The notes below the pieces were generated by a model, which was given only the letters and a program-made list of their open reading frames with translations, made no database searches and was not told where the DNA came from. Position numbers and translations under genes: made by a program. Of a stretch of 64,000 nucleotides of DNA, positions 20,291 through 30,480 are shown one piece after another. Numbering within the stretch: position 1 is the first letter of the stretch; each line of letters starts with the position of its first letter. Source of the DNA: Deferribacterales bacterium (lineage in GTDB: Bacteria; Chrysiogenota; Deferribacteres; Deferribacterales; Geovibrionaceae); NCBI GenBank assembly GCA_050251945.1, contig JBFWLW010000002.1, positions 224,001 through 288,000 of the forward strand. The letters run 5' to 3'.

Positions 20291-21133
20291 TTATGTCAAT
20301 TTGGTTAAAAAACACTTCCAGTCCGGATTCTGTCCGGCGATGCGCTTTTCTGCCCTGAGTGCGCAGTCAAAATCACGAAACAGTCCGAAAACGGTTGCAC
20401 CGCTTCCGCTCATAAGTGCGAAATCTGCTCCAGCCTCCTCCAGTGCCGCCTTTGCCTGCGAAACGGCAGGGTAAAAAGGCAGAACGGCGGGTTCAAGTCC
20501 GTTAAAGAGGATATCTCCGTACTGCTCAAAATTAACTATGTGCGGGATTTTATTCAGTTCCGCCCTGTCAGTCAACTGCAAATTGCCCGATGAGAAAACT
20601 TGCGCCGTCGATACATGCACAGAAGGGTTCACCAGAAGCACGAAAGCAGGCGGCAGAATACCCCACGGAGTCAGTATCTCTCCGCGTCCCGTGCCCACCA
20701 TCGGTGTACCATGCAGGAAAAATGCCGTGTCCGAACCAACGCGAGCCATAACGTCCGTCTTTACAGACATAGGCATGTCAGTTCCCGTGAGCTGCAAAAC
20801 AGCTTTAAGATATGCCGCGGCATTTGAACTTCCGCCGCCAAGTCCGCCGCCGTCCGGTATCCTTTTTATAATGTCTACCCTGTGACAGCAGTCAATCTGA
20901 CAGTCGTTTGTCAGTATATTTTTGACCTTGCTGATAATATTGCGTTCATCTGTTGGAATGTCCGGATTGTCGCAGGTGATAGAAAACTTGTCAGCCTCTG
21001 TGACTGTAATCGTGTCAAAGATGCCTATCGGAGCGAAAAGGGTATGAAGTTCGTGAAAACCGTCTGGGCGTTTACCGAGAATATGCAGAAAAATGTTTAT
21101 CTTTCCGCAGCTTTCAACGGTCACACTGTTCAT
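20291..21133 (-). CDS. ispE: 4-(cytidine 5'-diphospho)-2-C-methyl-D-erythritol kinase
   Basis: GKINIFLHILGKRPDGFHEL, GGGLGGGSSNAA, MSGSGATVF. Confidence 0.95.
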   Translation of the reverse strand: MNSVTVESCGKINIFLHILGKRPDGFHELHTLFAPIGIFDTITVTEADKFSITCDNPDIPTDERNIISKVKNILTNDCQIDCCHRVDIIKRIPDGGGLGGGSSNAAAYLKAVLQLTGTDMPMSVKTDVMARVGSDTAFFLHGTPMVGTGRGEILTPWGILPPAFVLLVNPSVHVSTAQVFSSGNLQLTDRAELNKIPHIVNFEQYGDILFNGLEPAVLPFYPAVSQAKAALEEAGADFALMSGSGATVFGLFRDFDCALRAEKRIAGQNPDWKCFLTKLT

Positions 21134-21732
21134 TGCAGTTTTATGTAAACCGACTGCTTGGGGGTAACGTATTCCAGCTCCTCCGCGCGTCCGTCGCTGT
21201 ATTTGTATGTGTAAGTTCCCTCTGGTGTTTTGATGGTCTTTATCAGATAATCCGCTCCGGCGGTGACCTCATAGCTGCCTTTGGTGAGAAGATAATCGCC
21301 GTTTTTGAGAGAAATTTTGAAAGAATCATCAACGTTGATATACGGATAGCGGATAAGTTCCACCATACTTTCAAGGTTTTTCTGCTTCATTATGTACTGC
21401 GCCAGAAGGGTAACGTCTCCGGTTCCGTCAACAGCAGAGATTTTACCGTCCCTGTAGTCCACCTTTGCGATAGTTATCCCCAGCGGTCCCAGCATCGTGA
21501 GCGTGAAATCGTTACTGCACTGTTTGTCCAGATAACCTTTCAGCCGGATGTCCTGCTCTTTATAAAGGTATCGCACGACAACCTTGCCCTTGTATTCACA
21601 GACTACCCTGTTGGCATCCTCTATCTTACGGAGTGCATCGGGAGGAATATGGGTGACAAGCGGCTTAACTGCGCACGCCGATGTTATAAGAAGAGCCAGC
21701 AGAAAAAGACTAATTCTCTTTAATGATATCAT
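21130..21732 (-). CDS. Lipoprotein, possible LolB/DUF4292-like protein
   Basis: Lipobox-like LITSAC; alternating, beta-strand-like sequence containing LGPLG; lies between a TPR gene and ispE. Confidence 0.6.
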   Translation of the reverse strand: MISLKRISLFLLALLITSACAVKPLVTHIPPDALRKIEDANRVVCEYKGKVVVRYLYKEQDIRLKGYLDKQCSNDFTLTMLGPLGITIAKVDYRDGKISAVDGTGDVTLLAQYIMKQKNLESMVELIRYPYINVDDSFKISLKNGDYLLTKGSYEVTAGADYLIKTIKTPEGTYTYKYSDGRAEELEYVTPKQSVYIKLQ

Positions 21733-23302
21733 CTACGCTTTTCTTGATACCGAGTTTTTTCATTATCGCCTTCATGTGGGAAACGATCTCTTCTTCATCG
21801 GGAGCCTTTTTAACGGCTCTTTTCTGATAGGTGAGAGCTTCCTTATATTTGCCCTGTTTGTAAAGTATCCAGCCGAGGCTGTCCAGATATGCCGCCTCTT
21901 CCGGTTTTTTCTCCAGAGCTTTGCGGATGAGCTTTTCGCCCTCTTTCAGGTTGGTGCCCATCTCTGCGTACATATACCCGAGAAAATTCAGAAACGATTC
22001 GTTGTCGGGGTAATGGACAAGTCCCTCTTTTATAGTAGCGACAGCCTTATCTCTCTGTTTCTGTTCATCGTACATAACTGCGAGATCAAGTCTGAGTTTG
22101 ATATCCTTATCATTTTCCGCCAGAGCACCCACAAGCACTTTCTCCGCCGAAACGTAATCCTGTTTCTGGATATACGCTTCCGCCGTTATGCGGTAAAAAT
22201 CCACATCTTTGTACAATTTATCAATACCTTCAAGAACCTTGATAGCTCTGTCGGGTTCTTTATCGCGGATGTATATCACGGCGAGGCGCTTTCTGGCATC
22301 GGCAAAATCAGGACGCTTCGTGAGCAGCACGTTATACGCCGCCTCCGCTTCCGTATCCATCTTTGCTGCTTCCGCCATCAGAGCCATGGAATATCCTGTC
22401 TGTGTGTCGCCGTCTATCTCGTAAGCTCTTCTGAAGTAATCGTAGGCTCTGTCGTATTTCCCTGCACTGTAGCTGAGCGAACCGAGCTGTTTCAGAACGT
22501 ACAGCTTTTCGTTCCCCTGAAGATTTTCAAGGATGCTTTCGTAAAGGGGATATGCGTCGCCCTCTTTCCCCTGTTTTTTCAGTATCTCCGCCAGCCTGAA
22601 CTGCGCGATGATATTTCCGGGGTTGGTTTCAATGACCATTTTAAGGTATTTAACGGCGTTGGCGGTATCGTTCTGACCAAGGTAATAGTCAGCCAGTCTT
22701 GACGCGGCAATGAAGTTTCCGTCCATGTCCGCGGCAGTCTGATAGTCCGTAAGAGCCTCTTTATCAAGTCCCAGCATGGCATACATCTTCGCCCTGCCGA
22801 CGTAGTATTCCGATTTTTTCTCAGTGGCTATAAGCTGGTTATAAGCGCTGATAGCGCTATTGAAATCGCGCATTTCCTCATAAGCGTCGGCAAGCGATTC
22901 AATGTACTTGCCATCGTTTGAAAGTTCATACGCTTTTTTATACATCTCCACAGCTTTTGGCATATTCTCCCTGTTCATGCGGTAGATGTCGCCCATCAGA
23001 CCGACAAGCTCAACCGAATCGGGGTTGTGTTTCAGCCCCTTCTCAACAGTAAGTTTTACTGCCTGAATGTCGTTGAGTTTTATGTAAGTCTGCGCAAGCT
23101 TGATGTAAACGTATGCGCTGTCGGTATTCTCCAGAAGCTGTTCATAAAGTTCGGCAGCATCTTCGTACTGCCCCTCGTTATCATACAGCGAGGCGCGCAT
23201 GTACAGCGAATCCAATGGATAGTCCGCGGTGCTGGTATCTGCCGAAGACATTATGCTCGTCAGAAAAAGCCCCGCCAGTATGATAATGAGTTTATTTCGC
23301 AT
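21710..23302 (-). CDS. Exported tetratricopeptide-repeat protein
   Basis: Signal peptide; many TPR-like units; C-terminal LNFLGYMYAE...AYLDSLGWILYKQG. Confidence 0.88.
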   Translation of the reverse strand: MRNKLIIILAGLFLTSIMSSADTSTADYPLDSLYMRASLYDNEGQYEDAAELYEQLLENTDSAYVYIKLAQTYIKLNDIQAVKLTVEKGLKHNPDSVELVGLMGDIYRMNRENMPKAVEMYKKAYELSNDGKYIESLADAYEEMRDFNSAISAYNQLIATEKKSEYYVGRAKMYAMLGLDKEALTDYQTAADMDGNFIAASRLADYYLGQNDTANAVKYLKMVIETNPGNIIAQFRLAEILKKQGKEGDAYPLYESILENLQGNEKLYVLKQLGSLSYSAGKYDRAYDYFRRAYEIDGDTQTGYSMALMAEAAKMDTEAEAAYNVLLTKRPDFADARKRLAVIYIRDKEPDRAIKVLEGIDKLYKDVDFYRITAEAYIQKQDYVSAEKVLVGALAENDKDIKLRLDLAVMYDEQKQRDKAVATIKEGLVHYPDNESFLNFLGYMYAEMGTNLKEGEKLIRKALEKKPEEAAYLDSLGWILYKQGKYKEALTYQKRAVKKAPDEEEIVSHMKAIMKKLGIKKSVDDIIKEN

Positions 23303-24636
23303 CAAAAATACCTTTCAATAAATGCCGTGCTTATTTCGCCTTTTATGAACGCATGATGATCGAGTATCCTTTTGTGGAGTGGAATCGTGGTCTTGATGCC
23401 CTCGACAACAAACTCGTCCAGCGCTCTTTTCATTCTTGCTATCGCCATTTCCCTGTTCTTTCCGAATACGATAAGCTTAGCTATCATACTGTCGTAATAG
23501 GGAAGGACGGTATAGCCGTCATAACATGCGGAGTCCACTCTGGTTCCGAATCCGCCGGGGGTGTTGTATCCAGTGATGGTACCCGGACAGGGACGGAAAG
23601 TTTCGGGGTCTTCCGCATTTATCCTGCATTCTATGGCATGACCGACGATTCTGATGTCTTCCTGATTCAGATCAAGGGGTTCGCCTGCGGCTATCCTGAG
23701 CTGAAGCTGAAGAAGGTCGATGTTGGTCATCATCTCCGTAACAGGGTGTTCAACCTGAATACGGGTGTTCATCTCCATAAAATAGAAGTTTTCATATTTA
23801 TCCACAAGGTATTCTATTGTTCCGGCGTTCTCATATTTGAGTGCCTCGACAGCTCTGATGGACGTATCGCCCATTTTTTTTCTTGTGGCTTCGCTGATAC
23901 CCGTGCTGGGTGCTTCTTCCAGAAGCTTCTGGTGACGACGCTGTATGGAACACTCCCTCTCGAAAAAGTGGAGTCCCTTTCCTTTTCCGTCTCCGAAGAC
24001 CTGAATCTCAACGTGTCTGGGTTCCTCTATGTATTTTTCGATATACACTTCGTCGGAACCAAAAGCGTTTGCACCTTCCGAGCGCGCCATCTCAAATGCA
24101 TTGAGAAAGCTCATTTCGTTGTGGGCAACGCGCATGCCTTTTCCGCCGCCGCCTGCCGCAGCCTTGATTATGACAGGGAAACCTATCTGTTTCGCTATCT
24201 CAAGACCCGTTTTAACATCCTCAACGGAACCGTCGCTTCCGGGAACAACAGGCACGCCGAAGTTCCTCATCGCGTCCTTTGCCGCAGACTTGTTACCCAT
24301 CATTGCGATGTGTTTCGAGCTGGGACCTATGAATTTGAATCCACTCTCCTCGCAGATAGAGGCAAAGTCCTCGTTTTCCGCAAGGAAACCGTATCCGGGG
24401 TGAATAGCGTCCGCATCGGCTATCTCAGCCGCCGCCATGATACTCTTCACATTCAGATAGCTTGCTCTGGACTGAGCCGGTCCTATGCATACAGCCTCGT
24501 CCGCCATAGCGACGTGGAGACTGTCGCGGTCGACGTCCGAATAGACGGCAACCGTTTTGACACCCAGTTCCTTACACGCTCTGATTATTCTGAGGGCGAT
24601 CTCGCCCCTGTTTGCTATCAGTACTTTATTGAACAT
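23302..24636 (-). CDS. accC: Acetyl-CoA carboxylase, biotin carboxylase subunit
   Basis: [50 protein letters not shown]. Confidence 0.98.
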   Translation of the reverse strand: MFNKVLIANRGEIALRIIRACKELGVKTVAVYSDVDRDSLHVAMADEAVCIGPAQSRASYLNVKSIMAAAEIADADAIHPGYGFLAENEDFASICEESGFKFIGPSSKHIAMMGNKSAAKDAMRNFGVPVVPGSDGSVEDVKTGLEIAKQIGFPVIIKAAAGGGGKGMRVAHNEMSFLNAFEMARSEGANAFGSDEVYIEKYIEEPRHVEIQVFGDGKGKGLHFFERECSIQRRHQKLLEEAPSTGISEATRKKMGDTSIRAVEALKYENAGTIEYLVDKYENFYFMEMNTRIQVEHPVTEMMTNIDLLQLQLRIAAGEPLDLNQEDIRIVGHAIECRINAEDPETFRPCPGTITGYNTPGGFGTRVDSACYDGYTVLPYYDSMIAKLIVFGKNREMAIARMKRALDEFVVEGIKTTIPLHKRILDHHAFIKGEISTAFIERYF

Positions 24637-24645
24637 GACACGCCC

Positions 24646-25116
24646 TTATATGGGTTCGACTATGAATATCGTCTCTCCGTATTCTACGGGTTTTCCGTTC
24701 ATAACGACTCTTTTTTTGATGATGCAGTCAAATTCTGCTTCGATCTCGTTCATAATTTTCATTGCTTCAACGATGCAAAGCGTCTGTCCCGCTCTGACAG
24801 TGTCGCCTTCCGTAACAAACGGAGCCGCGCCGGGTGACGGAGCTTCGTACAGTGTTCCTACTATAGGTGATTTTACCTCAGTGCCGACAACTGCGGGCGC
24901 CGAAGGAGCAGCAGCCGCAACAGCGGCAGCGGGTGCAGGAGCGACGGCATATTGTGCCGGTGCCGCATACTGCATCTGGGGCATCCCCTGAATTATCTGG
25001 GGAGCGTCTCCGGTTTTGGATATGTAAATACTCTCTTTTTCGTTTTCATACTCGAATTCTTTGATATCCGACTTTTCAATAAAACGGATCAGTTCTTTGA
25101 TCTCTTTGATGTCCAT
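24646..25116 (-). CDS. accB: Biotin carboxyl carrier protein
   Basis: Ala/Pro linker and EAMKIMNEI biotinylation motif. Confidence 0.97.
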   Translation of the reverse strand: MDIKEIKELIRFIEKSDIKEFEYENEKESIYISKTGDAPQIIQGMPQMQYAAPAQYAVAPAPAAAVAAAAPSAPAVVGTEVKSPIVGTLYEAPSPGAAPFVTEGDTVRAGQTLCIVEAMKIMNEIEAEFDCIIKKRVVMNGKPVEYGETIFIVEPI

Positions 25117-25128
25117 CTTACACCCTCC

Positions 25129-25704
25129 TTATTTGGCGGTTCTGACTCTTTCCATGTATATCTGTTCTCTCGTGTCAATTTTAAGCACGTCGCCTTTGTT
25201 GATGAACAGAGGTACGTTAACAGTACCGCCTGTACTCACGGTTGCGGGTTTTGAACCGCCGCTGACAGTGTCACCCTTAAGACCGGGATCTGTCTCAACC
25301 ACTTCAAGCTCAACGAAGTTAGGCAGGTCGATGCCGATGGGCTGACCGTTGAAAATCTGTACGCCGACATGGATGTTTTCAGGCATGAAAAGCGCACTGT
25401 CGCCCACACTGTCGGAAGGAATCTCTATCTGCTCAAAGCTCTCGTTGTCCATGAAATAGTGTTTTTCGCCGTCGCTATAGAGAAACTGCATCTCCTTCTC
25501 TTCAAAATCAGGCTGTTTGATCTTTTCGTCTGATTTGAAGGTTCTTTCGATGACGGCTCCGGTGCGAAGGCTTTTCACTTTCGTACGGACGTTTGCACCG
25601 CCTCTTCCGCATTTAATATGAAGATACTCGACAACTGCATAGGGTTCACCGTCGAGTTCAATTTTCGCTCCTCTTTTGAACTGGTTGGGAGTGATAACGC
25701 TCAT
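25129..25704 (-). CDS. efp: Translation elongation factor P
   Basis: MQFLYSDG, FMDNESFEQ, DPGLKGDT, VPLFINKGD; ATG at 25704 follows GAGG. Confidence 0.96.
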   Translation of the reverse strand: MSVITPNQFKRGAKIELDGEPYAVVEYLHIKCGRGGANVRTKVKSLRTGAVIERTFKSDEKIKQPDFEEKEMQFLYSDGEKHYFMDNESFEQIEIPSDSVGDSALFMPENIHVGVQIFNGQPIGIDLPNFVELEVVETDPGLKGDTVSGGSKPATVSTGGTVNVPLFINKGDVLKIDTREQIYMERVRTAK

Positions 25705-25711
25705 AAACACC

Positions 25712-26770
25712 TCATAATATGTTCTTATAGATATATCTGTCAAAAACCGCTGTAAGGTTCTCGCATCCGTTCTCTGTGACCAGTACCGTATCTTCCAGTC
25801 TTACGCCGAAATTTTCAGGAAGATAGATGCCCGGCTCTATGGTCACGACCATACCCGCCTTAAGGACGGTGTCGTCACGCCTGTTAAGGCTTGGTCTCTC
25901 GTGTACATCTATACCCACGCCGTGTCCGAGGCTGTGGTTGAAAAATTTGCCGTAGCCTTTGGATTCTATATACTCTCTCGCGACAGCGTCGGCTTCGCTC
26001 GCCTTAACGCCCTCTTTAACAAATTCAGAAGCTTTTTTCAATGAGGTATAAACGATATCCGCTATTTTTTCAGCTTCCGCGTTTTCACCGGCTATGACAA
26101 GCCGTGTCACGTCGCTGCAATAGTTAAGCCTGCATCCGTAGTCAAGCACCACGGGGTCGTTAAGTTCGACTTTTTTGCGAGTGGCTATTCCGTGTGGAAG
26201 AGCGCCTCTGGCACCTGATGCCGCGATCGTGTCAAACGACGTGGTTCTGGCACCCGCAAGCTTCATCTGTTTTTCAAGTTCCGCCGCCCAGTGGTTTTCC
26301 GTATTGCCCGCGACGAACACAGGCAGTGCGTTCACAAAGCCTTCGTATGCGGCGCGGTACATGTCCTTTATCTGTGATATCTCGTCTGCGTCCTTAACAA
26401 TACGCAAGCCGCCTATGAGATTTTCCCTGTCTATGTCAACATCGCATCCGGCACCGATGAGCGTTTCATACTCAAGCAGCCCGCAGGAATAGGTCACATG
26501 CACCTTTTTATACTGTGCAGCCTGCGCCGCGGCAGATTCCTGATAACTGTTTACGATTATACTGTCAATTCCTTTGTAAAGCTCCGATCTTATCTGCTGT
26601 TCATATCTTCCGTCGGTCATGAAGAATGCGCAACATCTGTCAACGAACAGCATCGCAGTGCTTCCGGTGAATCCGGTAAGGTAGAAGATGTCAGAAAGTG
26701 AGCTGACGAACAGGCAGTCGATACCGCTCTTTTCCATCAGCTTTTGAAGTTCAGCTATTCTGCCTGTCAA
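25712..26770 (-). CDS. Xaa-Pro peptidase (M24 family)
   Basis: [49 protein letters not shown]. Confidence 0.92.
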   Translation of the reverse strand: MTGRIAELQKLMEKSGIDCLFVSSLSDIFYLTGFTGSTAMLFVDRCCAFFMTDGRYEQQIRSELYKGIDSIIVNSYQESAAAQAAQYKKVHVTYSCGLLEYETLIGAGCDVDIDRENLIGGLRIVKDADEISQIKDMYRAAYEGFVNALPVFVAGNTENHWAAELEKQMKLAGARTTSFDTIAASGARGALPHGIATRKKVELNDPVVLDYGCRLNYCSDVTRLVIAGENAEAEKIADIVYTSLKKASEFVKEGVKASEADAVAREYIESKGYGKFFNHSLGHGVGIDVHERPSLNRRDDTVLKAGMVVTIEPGIYLPENFGVRLEDTVLVTENGCENLTAVFDRYIYKNIL

Positions 26771-27189
26771 GCAAGCTCTCCGATAAAATAATCAAGGGCA
26801 AGCATGTACGACTGTGCGCCAAAACCTGCTATAACACCCTTTGCAATGTCCGAAAGGTACGACGAATGCCTGAAATCCTCCCGGGCATGAACGTTTGATA
26901 GATGCACTTCTATAAACGGAATACACACCGACAGAAACGCATCGCGGATGGCAATGCTTGTGTGGGTATAGGCTCCGGCGTTTATAATTATTCCGTTCGC
27001 GTCGGTTCTCTGTATCATATCAATGATGTCGCCTTCATGGTTGGACTGAAAGAATTCCAGTTCGCACCTGCCGTCCGCTCTCTGCTTCATGCCTTCGCAT
27101 ATGGAATCAAGAGTTGCATCGCCGTATATACTCTTTTCCCTGCGACCCAGCATGTTAAGGTTAGGACCGTTAACAACAAGGATCTTCAT
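26767..27189 (-). CDS. aroQ: Type II 3-dehydroquinate dehydratase
   Basis: [34 protein letters not shown]. Confidence 0.97.
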   Translation of the reverse strand: MKILVVNGPNLNMLGRREKSIYGDATLDSICEGMKQRADGRCELEFFQSNHEGDIIDMIQRTDANGIIINAGAYTHTSIAIRDAFLSVCIPFIEVHLSNVHAREDFRHSSYLSDIAKGVIAGFGAQSYMLALDYFIGELA

Positions 27190-27275
27190 CAGTTTCTCCC
27201 GTAAGATAATTCAGCTATTATATCAATTAGTACCGTCAAATCCAGCTATATAATAGTAACAGCTTACGTTTCAGC

Positions 27276-29348
27276 TTATTTTGAGTTATTTTTTATAAGT
27301 TCCAATAAGTTTTCAAGCTTGTTCACTTGTTCATATGTCTCATCGTCTAGTTGTTCCGGGTCATATGTGAAGTCTTCAGTATCCATATCATCTGAATTAG
27401 TGTTCACATATTCATCAGAATCGGTTTTTTTATCGCGCTCCTCAATTTCGTTCAGGGCGAAAAGAGTGGCAAGCTCATCGTTGAGTTCGGTATCGCGGTT
27501 TATCTCCTGCTGTATTTCAGAGACAAGCGCAGGTTCCTGCGCAAGCACGTCCTCAGGCAGTTCAGAGTCTTCCTCAAAATCAGGTAATTCGTCAGAAGGC
27601 AGAAGTTCAACCTCCTGAACATCTATAACAGAGCGATGATCGCCGCCGTGGAGAATTATCTCGTCCGCCGCTTCCGCAGGTTCTCCGTCTTCAGCGGCAG
27701 GTTCATCTTCCTGAATAGTTTCCTGTTCCAGAACTTCTTTCAGGGCATCGTCGATCTTTTCGTCGGTAATGACCTCATCGAGAATCTCTTCCGAAACATC
27801 CGCCTCTATAACGGATTCTTCCGGTATCTCCGCGGGTTCTTCCGCAGTTTCCGTCAAAATATCCTCAGCAACAGGCTCGTCTATGACAGCCGGTTCAGCG
27901 GCAGGTTCATTCTCTTCCTCTTGTGCAATCTCCGGCTGCTCCGTTTCAGGCAGTTCCTCAACAGCTTCGTCGCTGTCAGCCACTGCGGGTTCTTCCGCCA
28001 CGGTATCGACGTATTGCTCTTCTTCGGCAACAGTTTCAGCCTGTTCCGTTTCAACAGGCTCTTCTGTTTCAGCAGTATCCGCAACTGCGGGCTGTTTTTC
28101 TTCCGGAATAACAACTTCGGATGTGATGTCCGCAAGCTGTTCATCCGCGTCTATCTCTTCTGGTTCTTCGGCAGGTACATCTTCCATCTCTTCAACAGTT
28201 TCCGCAGATTCTGCCTGAACCGCCTGTTCCTCCTGTGCGGCAGGCGAGGGAGCTTCCATCTCCTCTCCGTCCTCTGACACAGGAACAAAATTGAACAGAT
28301 CATCTATAGATGCAAGGTGCTCGTCTGCAACCTCTTCAAAATCATCAAAATCGTCGAACACGCTCTGTCCGCTTCCGGCAGTCTCTTCCGCTGTCGCCCC
28401 GACAGTCTCTTCCGCGTGTTTCTCTTCCTCCGCAGCAAGTACAGGTTCTTCGTCTGCGAACACTTCCTCTTCGCTCTTGATGCTGTCCAGACCGAAATCA
28501 GCGGAGAGTTCCGCAGCAAGGTTGTCTATACCGCCGTCAACAGGCACGTTCTCTTCGTGTTCGCCTGCATCGGCAAAGTAACTCTGTTCCTGTTCTCTGA
28601 CAGCTTCTTTAACAGCGTCAAGGCTTTCTATATGTTCAACTCTGTCTGATACCTCAGACAGCATTTCTGATTCTATTTCACCGGAAGTATCTGCCGGACT
28701 ATCGTCCTCCGCAAACTGATCAAGACTGTTTTCGTCAAAATCGGGAGAAAGTCCGACAATATCGTCCACTGCCGATTTGACCTCGGCATCTGTAAGGTTT
28801 GGTTTTTCGGCGGCATCGCCTATTTCGTGCTTAACTTCATCCGCAAGTTCCTGACCTATAGTCTCAAGGAGTTCATCGTCCTCCATAAGCTTGCGTTCGT
28901 CCCGCAGATCGGAAAGTTCCATACCCGTCTCTGCGAGCAGTTCTTCGATAAGCTCGCGCAGTTCCGGATCTTCCGGCGCTGAAAAAAAGGCGTTTTTATA
29001 TGAAATGATGGCTTTTTTGTATTCGTTTTCACTCTGGTATATTTTTCCAAGGAGTTTTTCAGCGGCATAATTATTAGGATCCAGAACCCGTATCTCGGTC
29101 AGAAGAGCCTTCGCCTCGTCGACGCGTCCCATTCCGACATAGCACTGGGCAAGCAGAGTTTTTGCGGTGGACACTTCAGGGTTGGCATCCAGACCGCGTA
29201 TAAGCACCTGTGCAGCATCGTCAAAACGGGTAAGCTCCACATATGCCTTCGCCAGCGGAAGAAAGAGCATAGAGGCACCGTCCGCCTCCAGCTTTGCAGA
29301 AAAGTATTCTATATCGCCCAAAAGTCCGGCTTTTGTCTTATCGTCCAT
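27276..29348 (-). CDS. TPR-domain protein with a very long acidic low-complexity region
   Basis: N-terminal TPR-like helices; roughly 500 aa rich in E/D/A/P; short amphipathic C-terminal helix (VNKLENLLELIK). Confidence 0.75.
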   Translation of the reverse strand: MDDKTKAGLLGDIEYFSAKLEADGASMLFLPLAKAYVELTRFDDAAQVLIRGLDANPEVSTAKTLLAQCYVGMGRVDEAKALLTEIRVLDPNNYAAEKLLGKIYQSENEYKKAIISYKNAFFSAPEDPELRELIEELLAETGMELSDLRDERKLMEDDELLETIGQELADEVKHEIGDAAEKPNLTDAEVKSAVDDIVGLSPDFDENSLDQFAEDDSPADTSGEIESEMLSEVSDRVEHIESLDAVKEAVREQEQSYFADAGEHEENVPVDGGIDNLAAELSADFGLDSIKSEEEVFADEEPVLAAEEEKHAEETVGATAEETAGSGQSVFDDFDDFEEVADEHLASIDDLFNFVPVSEDGEEMEAPSPAAQEEQAVQAESAETVEEMEDVPAEEPEEIDADEQLADITSEVVIPEEKQPAVADTAETEEPVETEQAETVAEEEQYVDTVAEEPAVADSDEAVEELPETEQPEIAQEEENEPAAEPAVIDEPVAEDILTETAEEPAEIPEESVIEADVSEEILDEVITDEKIDDALKEVLEQETIQEDEPAAEDGEPAEAADEIILHGGDHRSVIDVQEVELLPSDELPDFEEDSELPEDVLAQEPALVSEIQQEINRDTELNDELATLFALNEIEERDKKTDSDEYVNTNSDDMDTEDFTYDPEQLDDETYEQVNKLENLLELIKNNSK

Positions 29349-29408
29349 ATTGTATTATGTTACCTTGAAATGAAACAACAGTCAAAGGTTAAGACTTGGG
29401 TAGAGTTA

Positions 29409-30458
29409 TCAGGAACCTGTGAAGTATTCCGTCACATTTGCGATGGAAATATTTTTCACAAGTTTTCCTGTCCCCGTTTTAGGAGCGATGGCAAGCGTAA
29501 GTCCCTTTTTATCGGCTTTTTTATCCGCCGTCATGGCGCCGAAAAAAACGTCTTTGTCGTGTATGTCATATGTCAGGTCAAAACCGTAAGCTTTCAGCAC
29601 GCGCCCGATATCCTCAAGCGCCTTTGCGTCTGCCAGCTTATGCTTAACAGCGTAATCAGTCTCCAGATACATGCCCGTTGCAACGGCAAAACCGTGCTTA
29701 ATCATGTGATCAGAATCCGTCTCTATGGCGTGTGCGAATGTATGTCCGAAATTAAGAAGCGCCCGTTCGCCATGCTCTTTCTCGTCTGCGCGCACGACGG
29801 ACGCTTTGAAAGAACAGCATCGTGTAACGATGTAATCGAGGGTTTCCGTGTCACGCCCGAGAATCCTGTCCTTATTTTCATAAAGGTACTCAAGGAAATC
29901 CGAATCATAGACCATGCCGTATTTTATGACCTCGGCAACACCGTTAAGATATTCCTCGTCAGTGAGAGTTTTCAGGAAATCCATATCAATATAGACGTGT
30001 TTCGGCTGTGCGAAAACGCCTACGTTGTTCTTTGCGCCTCTGAAATTTATACCGGTTTTACCGCCCACGCTGGAATCCACCATGGAAAGAAGCGTTGTCG
30101 GTATCTGGATAAAACTGATACCGCGCATATATGTCGCCGCAACAAAACCGCCGACGTCGCCTGTTATACCGCCGCCGATGAGTATCAGTCTGCCGTCTCT
30201 GCGGCATTCGCCGCGAAAGAGGAAGCCAAGGACTGCAACAACGGATTCATGTGTTTTGTTGTGTTCATCCGCACGGAAACGGTACACTCTTTCCGTTGGC
30301 ATGATATCACTGTAAAGATTGAAGACGTTGTCGTCTATCATGAAGAAATCGCTTCCCGAACTGAATCCTTTCAGCGTATCCGCTATGAAACCGCTGCCGA
30401 TAGTGATCTCATACGAATCGTCAACCTGTTTTTTCAGATCAACAAATACCTTGCCCAT
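29409..30458 (-). CDS. aroB: 3-dehydroquinate synthase
   Basis: GGGITGDVGGF, PTTLLSMVDSSVGGKTG, LNFGHTFAHAIE. Confidence 0.96.
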   Translation of the reverse strand: MGKVFVDLKKQVDDSYEITIGSGFIADTLKGFSSGSDFFMIDDNVFNLYSDIMPTERVYRFRADEHNKTHESVVAVLGFLFRGECRRDGRLILIGGGITGDVGGFVAATYMRGISFIQIPTTLLSMVDSSVGGKTGINFRGAKNNVGVFAQPKHVYIDMDFLKTLTDEEYLNGVAEVIKYGMVYDSDFLEYLYENKDRILGRDTETLDYIVTRCCSFKASVVRADEKEHGERALLNFGHTFAHAIETDSDHMIKHGFAVATGMYLETDYAVKHKLADAKALEDIGRVLKAYGFDLTYDIHDKDVFFGAMTADKKADKKGLTLAIAPKTGTGKLVKNISIANVTEYFTGS

Positions 30459-30480
30459 GACACTCCCGTTATTTTATAAG

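Noticed and set aside
23353..24837. 494-aa plus-strand ORF
   Set aside because: Antisense shadow of accC/accB with no recognisable motifs; best explained by codon bias of the real genes.
27600..28700. DNA tandem repeat or VNTR in the acidic TPR gene
   Set aside because: Low complexity at the protein level, but I found no exact periodic DNA unit.
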